The notes beneath the pieces were generated by a model. That model was not told the origin of the DNA and made no database searches. It saw only the letters and a list, made by a program, of their open reading frames with translations. The position numbers were made by a program, and so were the translations under genes. A stretch of DNA of 64,000 bases, taken from the NCBI GenBank assembly GCA_028023455.1, contig JAQFVV010000006.1, positions 7,998,001 through 8,062,000 on the forward strand, written 5' to 3'. Source of the stretch: Epiperipatus broadwayi (lineage: Eukaryota > Animalia > Onychophora). Of this stretch, positions 35,610-48,777 are shown in pieces. Position 1 is the first letter of the stretch. Each line of letters begins with the position of its first letter.

Positions 35610-37130
35610 ACTTCAGATATACAGTATGCTGACAATCGTTCTATTCTTGATAAGAAAATAATATTCTCCATCTCATGAATATAAACTATAAAAATTTGAG
35701 TTTAGTAATTAATGCTCAAAAAAAAATTAGCCAGTGATAGAAGAAATGGCTTTAGCAAATTTGGATTCAAACAGTTATCCATTTGAAAATATGACTCTGT
35801 TCCAATAACTTTATAGATTTTTAGGTAGAAAAGAAATTGTTACAATGCAGAACAGACTTCATTGCAATGCTGCTGTATTCCTAAAGGTGAAAAATACATT
35901 TGATCATAACAATAGAATTTCTTCAACTAAATTAATTTGCAAATAGCTATGATAACTCCATCACTGATACATAATAAATTAAAGGCACTATTAATATCAT
36001 ATATTTAGAGAATACATAAAAAATGCTAACCGAAAATTAAAACAGGATATACATAAATATAAATCCATGTTTTTAATCCTAAAAAGATACAGATAAAGTT
36101 TGCACTGAATATAAAAACAGGAAATGTAAAATTAGTAAGATCTGATTCATTAATAATATAGAATAAATATAGAACCGAAACTCTAAAAGTTCAGTTGAGT
36201 AGATTTTGGAACATTTCATACTTGTGTATTTTCCATTTGTTGTTATTTTGAATATAGCTGTTGTCTTAGGTGGGTACTCAGCATCAAAAAGTGCATTAAG
36301 ATTGAATTTCATATTTTCAATGTTTTTTGAGAATACATACTATTGGAAGTGCTTTGATTTACAATTGAATTAACTGCACACAAAACATTTATTTTGTCCA
36401 ATTTGTTGCATGAAGGAAAAAGAAAAACTCCTTATCAATATATAGTAAGGCATTGGACAAATTTCATTTGAGTGTGCTTCATAGAGTGAGAATCGTAAGT
36501 GTTCCACAGACCAATGATATCATTTAAGGCAACTCACAGACAATTACACTTCAAATGGTAATCCCCCGCCCACTTTGATTTTAACAAATTAAAAGATAGG
36601 TATTAAAATCACAGAAAATAACTATTTCAACTAAGTTATATATATATAATTTATTGAATGGAAGTGAGATTTGGATACTCTATCAACACAATATAAAAGC
36701 ATTAGAAAGTTTCATTTATGGGTATTCTGTAAAATTTTGAAAATATAATAGCGAGACCATAAAACCGATCAATGATTTTTCAGCTTGTTGGATGTAACAT
36801 TATAGAGTCCGCTATTGTAAACACACACCTTCACTGGATTGGAGATGAAAAATCAATGAACAATGCAAGACTTCCTAAAATAGGATTTTACAGTGGACTT
36901 GAGTGTGGTTTCATTAGAGAAGTACACCCAAATATGTTGACAAAATTATCTCAAAGACATTCTAAAAATCTGACGTCAATTGTTTCCATTGAGAAGATAT
37001 AGCAAAGAATAGAATATATTGGAGAGATAGAATTAGACATGGTTTTGACACATTTCAGAAAGAAAAAACAACTGTTCTGTTGAAGAAATAAAAAGACAAC
37101 ATCATAAAATATCAAGGAACCAGAAAAGGG
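35610..37130 (+). mobile_element. Interrupted RTE LINE (RT motif 5 to C-terminus)
   Basis: IQYADN near 35620; LLNGSEIWILYQHNIKALESFHLW near 36650; IESAIVNTHLHWIG..MNNARLPKIGFYSGLECG (ORF 36772..37002). Confidence 0.75.
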
Positions 37131-38439
37131 GACCAGCATAAGTCAACATCTGGTCATAATTATGGTTCACAGATGGATTTATATTCATCCCAAAAGTCAT
37201 TGCTAGAGATTTCTCTCTCTCTTCCTTTTTTATAATTAGAATGGTCGTATTCATTTACGAGTAATTGTTTATTACATTTAATACCGTCCAGTGTGAGATA
37301 AATATATATTGGCACTTTCTCGTTGTATTCTTTAAAATAAGAAGTAAATAAGACGTCAAGCAAATCTCATGTCAAAAATATAAACTAAACCAATTTTTAA
37401 AAGATTATCAAAAATATTTTAACTTCTAAACATCAAGAGCTAAAAAAAATTAAAATGAGTAGATGAGAAGATTGACAAATGCATAAACTTTTTATGCAGA
37501 AATCAATTTTATTTTAAATAATAATTAAAATTTTAATAATAAATGATTTTCTCTCTCTCTCTAAATATAGATTCTTTTTATTTTATTAAAGAAAAACATT
37601 ATTCTCTAGTATGTTAGAGATATTGAAATAAGGGGGGGGGAAAATCTAATTACAGGAATTTAACCTTGCTATTAGAATATTTTTATTTTCTTAAAAAAAA
37701 AAAACTGATTAAAAAGATATTTTATTCAAAGTATTAAATAAAACATATATTTTTTAGATCTACCAAATACATTTTAAATGTTCAGCTTAAAGTGAACAAA
37801 TTATAGTTTCTTTGATATAAATAAATAATTTTAATCTGCACTTATATAATTAAAGAATCCAGATTTAAGATCAATGTGATGTGATGCACTGTGACTTCTC
37901 CTTAACGGAGTCAGGGATGTCTCAGCAACTATGCCCAGAGAAAGCTGTTAGCCACTTCACCTTCCCAATTCTCTTCGCCTTGCACTAGCGTTATCTAGTT
38001 AAGCTTGAATAAATAATTAATACTACAGGGCTATTACATTTATATACCCTCATTAGTGAAGGTCTCGGACTTAATGCTCCCGCATCTCACTGAAAGATCC
38101 AGGGACATTAAGCCCAAACACCTCATTAGAAAAAGTTACATGACTGAGACTAAAAACATGTGGTGTTCGCTTAAACGTTTTATAATAATGGTATTGTAGT
38201 TGTAATTATAAGGTGGACTATATGATCACCTAATATCAATTGGTAAAGGTTTTTGGAAAAATTTCAAATGTTATTTAAATTTTTCTAATGTACTCAATTG
38301 TTGGTAATAGATCACTGTAAATACCTAATACAGCGATCAGATTGCTATTGTTCTTTCTGGCCTAACTAGTCAGGGTTATACCCGTTCCTTTTCTGTGTAT
38401 TTAATTGGGATTAAAGTCCTACATATAAAGGGTCTGAAT

Positions 38440-38860
38440 GACACAGACAACATGGATTTGACAACAAAATTGACAAACAAGGGCTTTGAACATGCCATCA
38501 TCAGATTTTCAATGATATGGAGGGCTGAAGAGTTGGAGAGTGAAGATGATTGAAGCCTCCCCATTAAAGTTCGAAGATTTGTTATCTTAATATAAACTGA
38601 GCACTGATTATATATATGTGTGTGTGGGAGATGATGATCCAGACCAACTGATGAGTGCCGCTTCAGCACAAAATACATATTGAAGATCATTTATCTTTTT
38701 CATATATATGTGGCTTCAGCACAAAATACATATTGAAGATCATTTATCTTTTTCATATATATGTGGTCAAGAGTATCAGTTGTACAAGATGGAGCAGATG
38801 ACTGAAAGAAGCTTGAAAGTCTGGGTTCAAATCCCCTCTAATTATATCTAGATTAAGTAT
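38440..38860 (+). mobile_element. Family C copy with an internal 53-bp tandem duplication
   Basis: accaactgatgagtgccgcttcagcacaaaatacatattg; 38660-38712 is repeated at 38713-38765. Confidence 0.9.
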
Positions 38861-38939
38861 ATATACTATACTTGTATTTAAATATTAACTTGGAAATCGA
38901 ACATGGACGTTTTGACTTGTGAATATTACATTTAAGGTG

Positions 38940-39060
38940 ATACCCTAACTGATTAGGCTATTCTATCAAAGGCAATAGAATAGCTTAGTTGGTTAGAGCA
39001 TAACTTAAATTCAACATTTGAGAATCTGAAGGTCCCAGGTTTAATTCCCTTGCTGATGCT
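38940..39060 (+). mobile_element. Family E tRNA-like head with 5' hairpin
   Basis: ctattcta-tcaaaggcaa-tagaatag hairpin; A-box TAGCTTAGTTGG-TTAGAGCA; B-box-like GGTTTAATTCC. Confidence 0.65.
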
Positions 39061-39402
39061 GTCTTTAGGAGAATCAGCAACACCAGAGGAAATGACAATA
39101 GTATCACTCAAAATACATTTCTAGATACTAATTGTGAACTATTATTATTAGTTGAAGGCTTTGAAAAATTTAAACATACTTTTTATCTAAAAAAAAACCT
39201 TTTAACCCTTAGAACCACCTTAAGGAAGCAGTCCACCTTATATATTCAAAGGTTTGTGGTGTTTGTTTGGCTTTAATCTGGTTTTAATATTATTTCTCTC
39301 ATTTTTGTCTTTTTTACAACAATCAAATTTGACAAATTTTATTACCTAATGTATTGGATAACAAAATGCTCTCATTTTTTTTTAAGAGAATAAAATAAAC
39401 TG

Positions 39403-39440
39403 GCTCTGAAGAAGACTGCAGGTCAGTCGAAACGTAGGTG
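39403..39440 (+). ncRNA. Solo minimal hammerhead motif (family A-like)
   Basis: gcu-CUGAAGA-A-GACUG-caggu-CAGUC-GAAA-CG-UA-gg: palindromic ACGU stem III, GUA triplet. Confidence 0.7.
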
Positions 39441-40124
39441 TATATATATGTACAATAAAAAGTTTTGCTAAAAAGTGTTTGAAGTGGTTTGGATAAATTG
39501 TATTTAAGTTAAGTTTTGATTGTAAATATGAAACATATTTCTTTGCTTGATGTGTGTAAATTGTTTTGTATTGTAAAATAAATTAGCCTTTAAGATAACA
39601 ACTAAATACCATAATTGCAAACTTTCAAATGATCATTTAGGTATTTTCTCTCTAGCTATTAATAGTTGGATATCTACATAATACCTAATGTTTGATACCT
39701 TATTCTGGGATCTGTTCTCTCTAGCTAATAATTGTTATATATATATTGTAACGATATATAAATATGTTGTTACATTAATTTAAAATAAAAACTTAAAAGT
39801 TCGCAAATAAAAGGAAAAAAACTAAACGCTAAAATTAAAATGTTTGTTAAACATATATATATATTCGCACAGATGCTAAACTTTAAAAATATTTTTTTTC
39901 ATAAAAAAAAAAAAAAAGTATTTGAACGTATTTTTTTTAATAAAAAAATACAAGATTGAAATATAAAAATATTTTAATAAAAAAATAACATAAGTTAAAA
40001 TAAAAACAGGTATTAATTAATTCCTGTAATCTGTAAATGGAAATGATTGTTTATTAATTATCTAAAAGCTGTTTAATTAAAAAGTCAGATGAAAGGTTAG
40101 ATAAGAGAAGAAAGAGATTTTAGC

Positions 40125-40245
40125 TTGACCAATGGAAGCAAATAAAGGCCCGGACCATAACGAAAAACAGAACAGTGACGTTTTTGTTCATGGAATCCAT
40201 AGGAGGACTATAAAAAGAAAAAAATGTTGAGTTCCAGTCAGTTTT
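40125..40245 (+). promoter_or_regulatory. Pol II core promoter: CCAAT, TGACGT, TATA box and initiator
   Basis: TATAAAA at 40209-40215; TCAGTT Inr with its A at 40240 (TATA at -31); CCAAT near 40129; TGACGT near 40177. Confidence 0.65.
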
Positions 40246-40268
40246 TCCATCTTGATTTGATGACAACG
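40240..40268 (+). other. Candidate first exon
   Basis: Runs from the Inr to donor ACG|GTAAGA at 40269; contains ATG at 40260; 65-nt intron to AG at 40332-40333. Confidence 0.5.
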
Positions 40269-40347
40269 GTAAGACGCACTTGCCGTTCTCTCTCATTTTT
40301 TTTGTTTGTTTTAAAAAAAAATAAAATGAAAAGACTGTGATACCAGA

Positions 40348-40434
40348 ATGGAACCAGCTAATGCTACCTCCAGAACATTTTCTTCCAATGGAGACGCCAT
40401 GGAAATTGCCAACGGGAACCTGGACTCTTCTAAT
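40348..40434 (+). CDS. Candidate N-terminal coding exon (MEPANATSRTFSSNGDAMEIANGNLDSSN), product unknown
   Basis: GC-richer exon 40334-40434 ending AAT|GTAAGC. An alternative frame from the exon-1 ATG (MTTTVIPEWNQL...) is also open. Downstream exons not identified. Confidence 0.5.
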
Positions 40435-41039
40435 GTAAGCTATATTGACATGAACTCTAAATTTAAAAATAACTAAGAACTTTCGTTCAAGTTTATGAAC
40501 TTCTATCTGAGTTTTAAGTTTAAAATCAAATTAATAATGTTTAATTTTATATGTTTTCCGATTGATAAAAATCATTTCCATTTTTTTTTTTCTTATTGTA
40601 TAAATTGTTTATTGTTTAAATTTTAAATGATGAAATTTAGGTTGGGTATAGACTTTGCATAGATTCGTTAGCGGTTGATAATGTTGTGGTTTTCACATTC
40701 GATTAGAATATATGTCAACGATATCACTGCAAGCATCTTACGATGAATGCTAATGGGATTTGTATATTCCCTATGCAAGTGACGTTTATCGATGATTTTG
40801 TATTTTGATCGGTTGTGTTTAATTTGGAATGTTTTGACCGTGGAATCTGTGCAGCTGAGCTGTACTCAACATTTTAAAACAAATTTTATAAAATGCATTC
40901 TTGCGAACGTATTTAAATGTTAAATTTAAGTCGGGCGTGAATGGCTATATAGTTTTGTAAAGTTATATTAAGGGAAGGTAATCTTAGGTTATTCATTTCG
41001 TAGTTGAATTGGTTCAATGGATTGGATATATTTGTGTAA

Positions 41040-41330
41040 TTAGTAGATGTAGTATGAGGTCTGCTACTGGCAGGATTATAGATATACGCCACACACCCTC
41101 TGTTTGCCTATGGATGGGTTTGTAAGTCGGCAGAAGACCACAGTCCATTCCTATGGAGTTTTTTGTTTATTGTTCTACTTGCCAACAGATGTCACATTCC
41201 TGTTGGTGGAGAATCAATGTCTTCTCTATTTCTACTTATTGTTCAGATGTACTTTCCTGACAGTATAGTATTTTGTGTTGTCGTATCATGCTACATTGAA
41301 TACATGAATGTATCAGATGGATTGGTGCCA
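41040..41330 (-). pseudogene. Tc1-like transposase N-terminal relic
   Basis: SRNREDIDS...LLASRTINKKLHRNGLWS resembles the Tc1 HTH region (S.RTI.RRL...GL.S); several stops. Confidence 0.45.
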
Positions 41331-41984
41331 GTTTGGTTGCGAAATTTGTGGCCTAAGGTTAAATCAGGGAAGAATATTTTCTTTTCAAATGCAGATCTAT
41401 GTAGTCTATTCATACTTGACTAGCTAAATAAATAGTAAACTCATTATTTGCAATCTACTTAAATTTAGAATTAAAGATCAATATAAAAATATAAACGTTA
41501 AATTTATTCCTCAAAATTTAAATATTATTTAATATGTGCGTAAATAAATATTTTTATGTGTTAATTTCTGGCAGTGGCTTTTATTCTTTTATATTTAAGA
41601 TATAAAATTTATAGATTTTTATCTCTGCATCTCCGCTGAGCTAGTGACTTGGGCTAACGATCGGAATATTTAAATAAAGTGGAATCTTAACAGTGCGTAT
41701 CTGCCTACTTTATAAATTTTTCTAGGTTCAAATGCCTAGATGGCGCCCTGGTAGTTGCAGATATCGTTTTGCGGTTAGATTCGATCTTCACTTTCATTTC
41801 GATCGTTATAATATATATATAGCCGGAGTGCAGTTTGAAAGTTATAAATGACTATTTGGTAATCTGTTTTCAAAACAGGTTATATTTAACTAATTGATGA
41901 GGTTTATTTAAACTTCTTTGAATTAATAATTTTATTCTCTGTAGTCAAATTGCAAACTTTAGTGCACATACAAACATATGCCGA

Positions 41985-43350
41985 TCTCTTCCTCTAGCTA
42001 ATATTAATCAGTGATCTATACAATGAGCAATGCTGGATTGCTTAATTTAGGATCTTTTCATTCTAAGTAATAATAGATGGTGATATACTGCCCCAAAGCT
42101 GAATGGCATAACCTAGGGTTTCTTTCCTATAGCTAATAATATTTAGATATAGTTTAATCCACAACCTTTCTACTAATATTACTGAATGCCAATACGCTAA
42201 TATTTGTTTGATGCACAATCTAGTATATTTTCCTTTCAGTAAATAAGAGTTGAATATCTCTATAACAATACATACTGAAAGGCATAACATAAGATCATTT
42301 CTCTCCAGGGAATAATAACTGGATATTCATAGTGATCCAGGTTTGATGGCTTAATTTAGTATCCTTCCCTTCTAGTTAATATTAGTGTTATACCTATATA
42401 ATAACACATGCTGGATGCTTTAATACAAGTTATTTTCCTTTTGGCTAATAATAATTGAATATCTATATAATAAAACATGTTGATGGCTAAATATAAGATC
42501 CTTTCTCTCTAGTTACTAATAGCTGGATATAATCCAGGATATTTTCTCTCTAGCTAATAATAGTTAGATACATACTGGGCCAGTTTGCATGCTAATAATA
42601 GTTGAATACCCACATATTTATCTATCCTCAATGGTTTAACCTAAAATCCTTCTCTTTAGAAATAGTTATATATCTACATATTAAGCCATGCTATAGGAGT
42701 TAATCTAGGATTCCCCCCTCCTTTTAATAATAGTTTAATACATATATAAAAATCCATGGTGGATGTATTAACCTATAATTCTTTCCCTCTGGCTAACAAT
42801 AGTTGGACATCCATATATTAACTTATTTTGTAAGATTTAATATAGAATCAATTACCTCTTGCTAATAATATTTGGGTATCAACACATTAGAATGGTTTAA
42901 ATTAGAATATTTTCTTTAGCTAATAATAATTAGATACTAATACATACCTTCCCACTAACTATTTATTTTCAGATGCCTAAATAATAACTCGTATTCAATG
43001 GCCTATTTAGAAACCTCTAGCTAATAATAATTGGATATCTATTTAATTTGCAGATGGCTTACTATAGGATCTTTTCCCTCTATTAATAATTGGATTACCA
43101 TCTAGTGATGAATGCTTGATAGCTTAATCTAGGATCCCTTCTTTTTAGCAAATAATAATGAGATATCTATATACTGAACCATGCAGGATGGCTATAGCTA
43201 AGCCTCTCTGACTTAGAGTGGTTAGATATCCATATGCTGAATGGTTTAATGGGAATTATTTCCATCTAGATAAATAACAGATGAATTATCAAGTTACGCT
43301 AAAAAGTATAAGCTAGAATCTTATCTCCCTGGTCAATAATAGATAAATAT
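41985..43350. repeat. Highly diverged ~67-bp satellite array (extra units at ~39640-39740)
   Basis: Recurrent consensus gatggcttaatctaggatccttttctctctagctaataatagttggatatctacata with spacing ~65-70 nt. Confidence 0.75.
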
Positions 43351-44475
43351 TCATATAATGATCCTATGGTAAAAAGCTACCTAGTTGGTTATGAAGCAGC
43401 TACCTGGTTAAAAAAAATAAGTTTATTTATTGCCACCTGCAAAAATTTCATGTTTTGTCCAATACAGAACTACCGAAGTTGTGATCTTGGCAAGCAGAAA
43501 TGCTAATTGTACTGTCATAATATCATTAGTTAATTAATACCTCTTTAAAAACAAGTATAGTGATAGTAAATATGTGTATTGAAACAATTACTTGTCTCAT
43601 GACATACAACAACGTAGTAGTGTGTGTGTGCATATATATATATATAAGTTGAAAGAAAAAGTAAAAATGAACACAAATAATTTTTTAGCATATTTATTTA
43701 AAAAAATATAGACTGGAATAACAGTTAAGGGTTAAATAATAATTTTTGAATGTAAAATTATTATAAACTGTAGTTTTAAATCAAACATTTAAAAATGTCT
43801 ATTTAATGTTTTATTCTGATTTTGATCATTAAAAAAATTTCCCTATCTACTTTTAATTAGATTAAGAAGTTTTTTTAATTAAAACTTGTGATAAAATTAG
43901 TATTTTATACAATATGGTGTTGTTCAAAGGATTAAAAAAATGTTGAGATTAAAAAATTGATTTAAATTGAAAAGAGTCATTAACTTTATATATATATAAA
44001 GAAAATAACTTACTTAATTGTTGTATTTAAATTCCAACACTGAGTATAAAAGATTGGGGGGGGGGGAATAATTACATCAGTCTATTATTATGAAGTGATA
44101 ACTGAAGGCAAAGTGCAGAGTGCAAAAACTGCTACTGCCAGAGTCTCAATGGTAGAGTTTGAATTCATGTGGCAGTAATGACCTAGATCTTTGTGATTCA
44201 TAGCCCATATTGTGCAGTAGACCATTTGCTTGGCTGAAGTCTATCAAATGACAGAGACTGAATGGAGATGACTGAAAAGCAGCAGTTAACTGATTATACC
44301 TTTCCCAAAAATGTCAATAAGACATTAAACTATTCTATTATGAACATGATTATAATAGAATAGCTTACCAGGAGATTGCAGTGCTAATCATCTTGTTAAA
44401 GGATTACTTTGCTATCATTTTATGTGTATATTGCTCTATCTATGGGCAGAGAAGCACAGACAAAGTTACTGCATC

Positions 44476-44507
<32 letters not shown>

Positions 44508-45414
44508 TGCATACAGGAGAGAGAGAGAGAGTGTGTGCATACAGGAGACATACTTCATGAACAGACTTTAGTTGGTGAATAAATAAAACTGTTATTGAAA
44601 TATTATTTTAAATAATTAACAGCAGTTAAAATCTCTAATTAACAAGTTTGAAATTAAATAGATTTGGTTAAATAAACACATTTGTTTCTAGGGAATTTGT
44701 CCCTGTAATTATTAATAATGGGTTTCCAGTTTTATTTTATTTTGGAATTAGAAAAGGAGAACTCCAAAATCTTTTTTTTTAAATATTGAAAATGAAGCCA
44801 CAAAAACCTGAAATTTTAAAAGCTTTCCAAACTGAATCTAGTAATAGTTTTTTTTTTTTAAATAAAAAAAAACTTTTACTTATCATTAGAAATAATGAAT
44901 TAATTAAAAACTTTGATTTGTAGAAGAATAATAGTAATATGCACATACATGTATGTTTTCCTTATATTTTCAACATCAGGCTAATACGAATTTAATAAGA
45001 TTATTATTTTTTAAACACCAGTGTGTGCACACAAATTTGAATGAGTATCCAAATATATTAAAATCAGTCATCAACCATATATATATATATATGTTAAAAT
45101 TAATTACTATGTATTATAAAAATGAATTTTTATTATTGGTTTATGACAATTCAAAGATGTTAATTTTAAGTTATTATAAAGCACATCTGAGTGCTTATAT
45201 ATAGGTGTGTTTTATGTAAACTTATTGAGATATGTATAAATTACATTATCTTAATCAAAATCAGAATGACGTATTCATATTTATAGCATAGCTGACGGAC
45301 CTTTCATTTATTGTTAGTGTTTCTAATTAATAAATGGATAGTTCATTTTTAAGTTATTCCAACCCAATTATTTAATCCTAAAATAGGTTTAGAATATTAT
45401 ATGTTGGTATAACC

Positions 45415-45660
45415 ACTTGCTTAAAACTGGCAAAACTCTCCATACAAGAGTGCCACCCAGTGCCAACCAGAGTAATCAATGAATGCCAGAAGGCTTGTAC
45501 ATAAAATCCCTATCTAATACCTTCTGACATCCATTGATTACTCTGGTTGGCCCAGGGTGGCACTACTGTATGGAGAGTTTTGCCTTGTTTGTAAACAATT
45601 ATGTGCTAGTATAAGAGATGGTGATCATGTGTTGCTTAAAACAGCAGTTATAGAGCTCTT
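45415..45660. mobile_element. Family B head-to-head palindrome
   Basis: ggcaaaactctccatacaagagtgccaccc...aatcaatgaatgcc / catccattgattactctgg...gagagttttgcc. Confidence 0.85.
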
Positions 45661-46484
45661 GCTCCCTTATCTGGATTCATGCATAACTTTCAGTTATATG
45701 GATTGGGGATTATGTGTAGTGTTATGGACATCCAGATGATCCAAGTTGGCACAAAGCAATATCCTTTAAAGTCCATGCACTACAATTTATTCATAGTTAT
45801 TATATTAGAAATTAAGTTTATAGTTGGCCAGTACATTAATGGTACTATGTGACCAGAGCATTGATGATGATCAGCATATTTCAGTATCTCAACATTATTT
45901 GATTTTTTTTATATTCTGTTGGATTAGCACCTGATTTGTGCATCCAAATTATTGTGTTGTATTGCTATCCTAAGTTTACCAGTGGCTACATAATTAGCCT
46001 TGTCTGAGGCAGATCCATTTCAAATCCAATCACCAGATTGACTGTTGATTTTATATTCTGATTGTTCATGATGATGAATGATTTATTATTTTTCCTTATA
46101 ATGCTGGTAAACTCATAGCTAGAATTATTTTTGCTGATCTCTCATGCTCATTCTTTCATTATATTCATTGTATAATTAAATTTGATTCACTGGCATGGTT
46201 GATGATGAGTGTCATCACCCCAGGTTCACCCCATTCTTTGTACCATTACAATACAAACATAAAACTAATATTAGATAGGATTTATACATATTAATAGAGA
46301 AGAGTAAGCATTTCCAACTAAAAAAATCAACAAACACATTTTTGTTTATTAAATATATTTATAAATAAAAACAAAATTTTAAATCTTATGCAGTCCTAAA
46401 AACAGAGTTTATAGTTAAGAAGTAAAGGTAAACATATAAACATCATCATATCCCCATTTCCTATGCTCACACAAGCTTTTAAAA

Positions 46485-46890
46485 CAGTAGCAAACCCTCC
46501 ATAGAGTCATTCACAGCAAGCTTCACTAATCAAATCTTTTAAGAGGTTGTCTAAACAGAAAATGGTGATCGTGATGTTTTAGTGATTTTATACCAATCCT
46601 GCCCACATGTTGACAATGGCTATGGTTTTTAAAAAACCAATGACACCAAACTGTACAACTGAATGAGTTTGGACTGAAACAATACTGTGTTTTAATCTTG
46701 GATTCACAGCTTTATAATTAACTAAATAAGTAAAAAGTGACTGCTTGAAGGTCTAAGTTCAAGGTTTCTCACTGATGAAATCCACAAGCTAGAAACTAGT
46801 CTGGGGATATTGCATGAGTAGACCCTAGGTAGGACTCTTATGTACAAACTTTCTTGTATCCCTTGATTATTAAAGGCTTGCATTGGCACT
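46485..46890 (+). mobile_element. Family B copy starting at a different point of the monomer
   Basis: Carries the tggtgatc...actaaat segment upstream of HHR ctca-CUGAUGA-aauccacaagcua-GAAA-CUAG-UC-uggg (46768-46805). Confidence 0.8.
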
Positions 46891-47329
46891 AACATGAAGG
46901 TATTACATTTTGAAATTAATATCATTCCTCATATATATATATATATTTGATTGAGTGGTACATATCACTTCTTATATTCAAATAATATAGTTCGGACAGC
47001 GATCCAAACAGTATTATAAATTATTTATATAAAAGGCTACTTTAGCCAAAAATGATTTCAATGCCCCAATGATGAAGATAGCAGTTAAAATGAAAATTAT
47101 TTTTAATCTCAATAATAAAAATTAGATGGCCTACTGTTTTATTCCAGTTTTTATCATCTTATGGAAGAAAGATTAAATAATTAATATGTTAAATGGTTGT
47201 GCATAATGAATACCTATTCACTGCTGGTCCTATCCATATTTTAAGATTAATTTTTAGATTATAGCTTTCACCAATGAAGAGTTTAAATCAGGATCTAACA
47301 CAACTTTCAATCACCAGCCATCATCTTCT

Positions 47330-47400
47330 TCTCACTGATGAAAGCCACAATTTAGAAACAAGTCTGGAGATGTAGATAGGACTGCAGTAGATAGGGATAT
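47330..47400 (+). mobile_element. Family B fragment
   Basis: ctcactgatgaaagccacaatttagaaacaagtctggag. Confidence 0.7.
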
Positions 47401-47749
47401 ATCTGACACTCATAAAGTGGTAAAACTAAACTGAAGATACAGATTTCCTATTTAAAGTAGTCAGTATTCAGAGATCATATGACGCAGTTAATATCCAGAG
47501 ATCATGTAATGAAGTTTGTATCCAAAGATCATGTGATATAATTTGTACCCAAGGAGCACGTGATATTTTGTTGATATTATTTAAAAGTAATGGTGATCAA
47601 AGATTATGTAATGTTATAATAGTAACAAAAGATTATATCATTTTAAAAACTTTAATTTGCTAAAAATTATTCCAAATAAAATACCTTTTTTTTTTTAAAA
47701 AAAAAAAGAAAGTTATATTGGTGTAATATATATATTACAAACATGCTTT

Positions 47750-47910
47750 TATACATTCAAATATCAGCCTTTTAAGCTAATTGTGCATACGCTTTGCGAG
47801 TGTTAATAACAAATGAATACTTTCTCACCAATACAAGGTATAGTATTTATGCAGGAATAAAAGAAATACGTATGCACAATTAGCTTAAAAGGCTGATATT
47901 TGAATGTATA
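47750..47910. repeat. Perfect 42-bp inverted repeat with 77-bp spacer
   Basis: tatacattcaaatatcagccttttaagctaattgtgcatacg (47750-47791) and its reverse complement (47869-47910). Confidence 0.9.
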
Positions 47911-47954
47911 CAATTGTAAACATACGCTATATAAAATAAATGCTTAGTTAAACA

Positions 47955-48605
47955 TGCTTTTAATAACATGAAAGGCTAAAACCTTTGACAGAAACACCTT
48001 AAAAATGCTTATGTGACAGCCGATCAGATGCAATAATGACTGCATATGGAACTCACAATTCAAGAATACAAGCCAGAACTAACAGAAAAAGATGGGACCA
48101 CCTTCTTCTCACTTAAATTTGTATATGTGCAGTCATTATTGCATTTGATTGGCTGTCACATAAGCATTTTTAAGGCACTTTGGAAGGTTTTAGCCTTTCA
48201 CATTATTATTAGATAATCTGCTAGTGCTTAATAAATTTAATATATTTACATTTGTTACTATCATTTCATTAGATATGAAAATTGCTTCATTGTAAATTGA
48301 AAGATTTCGCGTTGTTTATTTATATATAAGATTTAGTGAATTAAATGTGAAGGTGTTTTAAGCTTCATGCTCTTAGCTCAGAATGCTTGAGTCTGACTTA
48401 TTTATATATAAATTTAAATGAGAAGATGGTCCCATCTTTTTCTAGTAGTTCTGGCTTGTCTTCTTGAATTGAGAGTTACATGTGCAGTCATTATTGCATC
48501 TAATTGGCTATCACATAAGCATTTTTAAGGTGCTTCTGTCGAAGGTTTTAGCCTTTCACATTATTATTAGATCATCTGCTAGTGCTTAATAAATTTAATA
48601 TATTT
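47955..48605. repeat. ~190-bp element in three copies (one inverted, two direct)
   Basis: tgtgcagtcattattgcat..gattggct.tcacataagcatttttaagg...gaaggttttagcctttcac at ~47960-48110 (-), ~48120-48245 (+) and ~48420-48605 (+). Confidence 0.85.
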
Positions 48606-48739
48606 AAAAATGCTTTTATTAAATTTGATAAGTAATGCACACAAAGCCAAAAAAAAAAACCTTTTTATTCAACCACAATTTTAATAATTATATGTAATTC
48701 AATTAATTAATTTAAGGATACCCCACATTTTTATTTTAA

Positions 48740-48777
48740 GGCGACTGTGCTGACCTCTCGGCTAACAACGCTTGACA
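48740..48777 (-). mobile_element. Family H SINE 5' fragment
   Basis: Reverse complement aagcgttgttagccgagaggtcagcacagtcgcc. Confidence 0.6.

Noticed and set aside
38985-39060. Genuine tRNA genes here, at 57.1 kb and at 34.3 kb
   Set aside because: A/B boxes are present, but spacing is abnormal, no clean cloverleaf or anticodon arm forms, and the copies are embedded in repeat bodies; treated as SINE heads.
41730-41750. tagatggcgcc as a CTCF/YY1-like site
   Set aside because: A single short motif cannot be supported without conservation or ChIP data.
41985-43350. Coding tandem repeat (LRR/ankyrin-like)
   Set aside because: Unit length varies, and stops occur in all frames tested.
45880-46200. 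Minus-strand LINE RT relic (MSLPAL*GKII, ILKYAD)
   Set aside because: Motif matches are too short and irregularly spaced to call.
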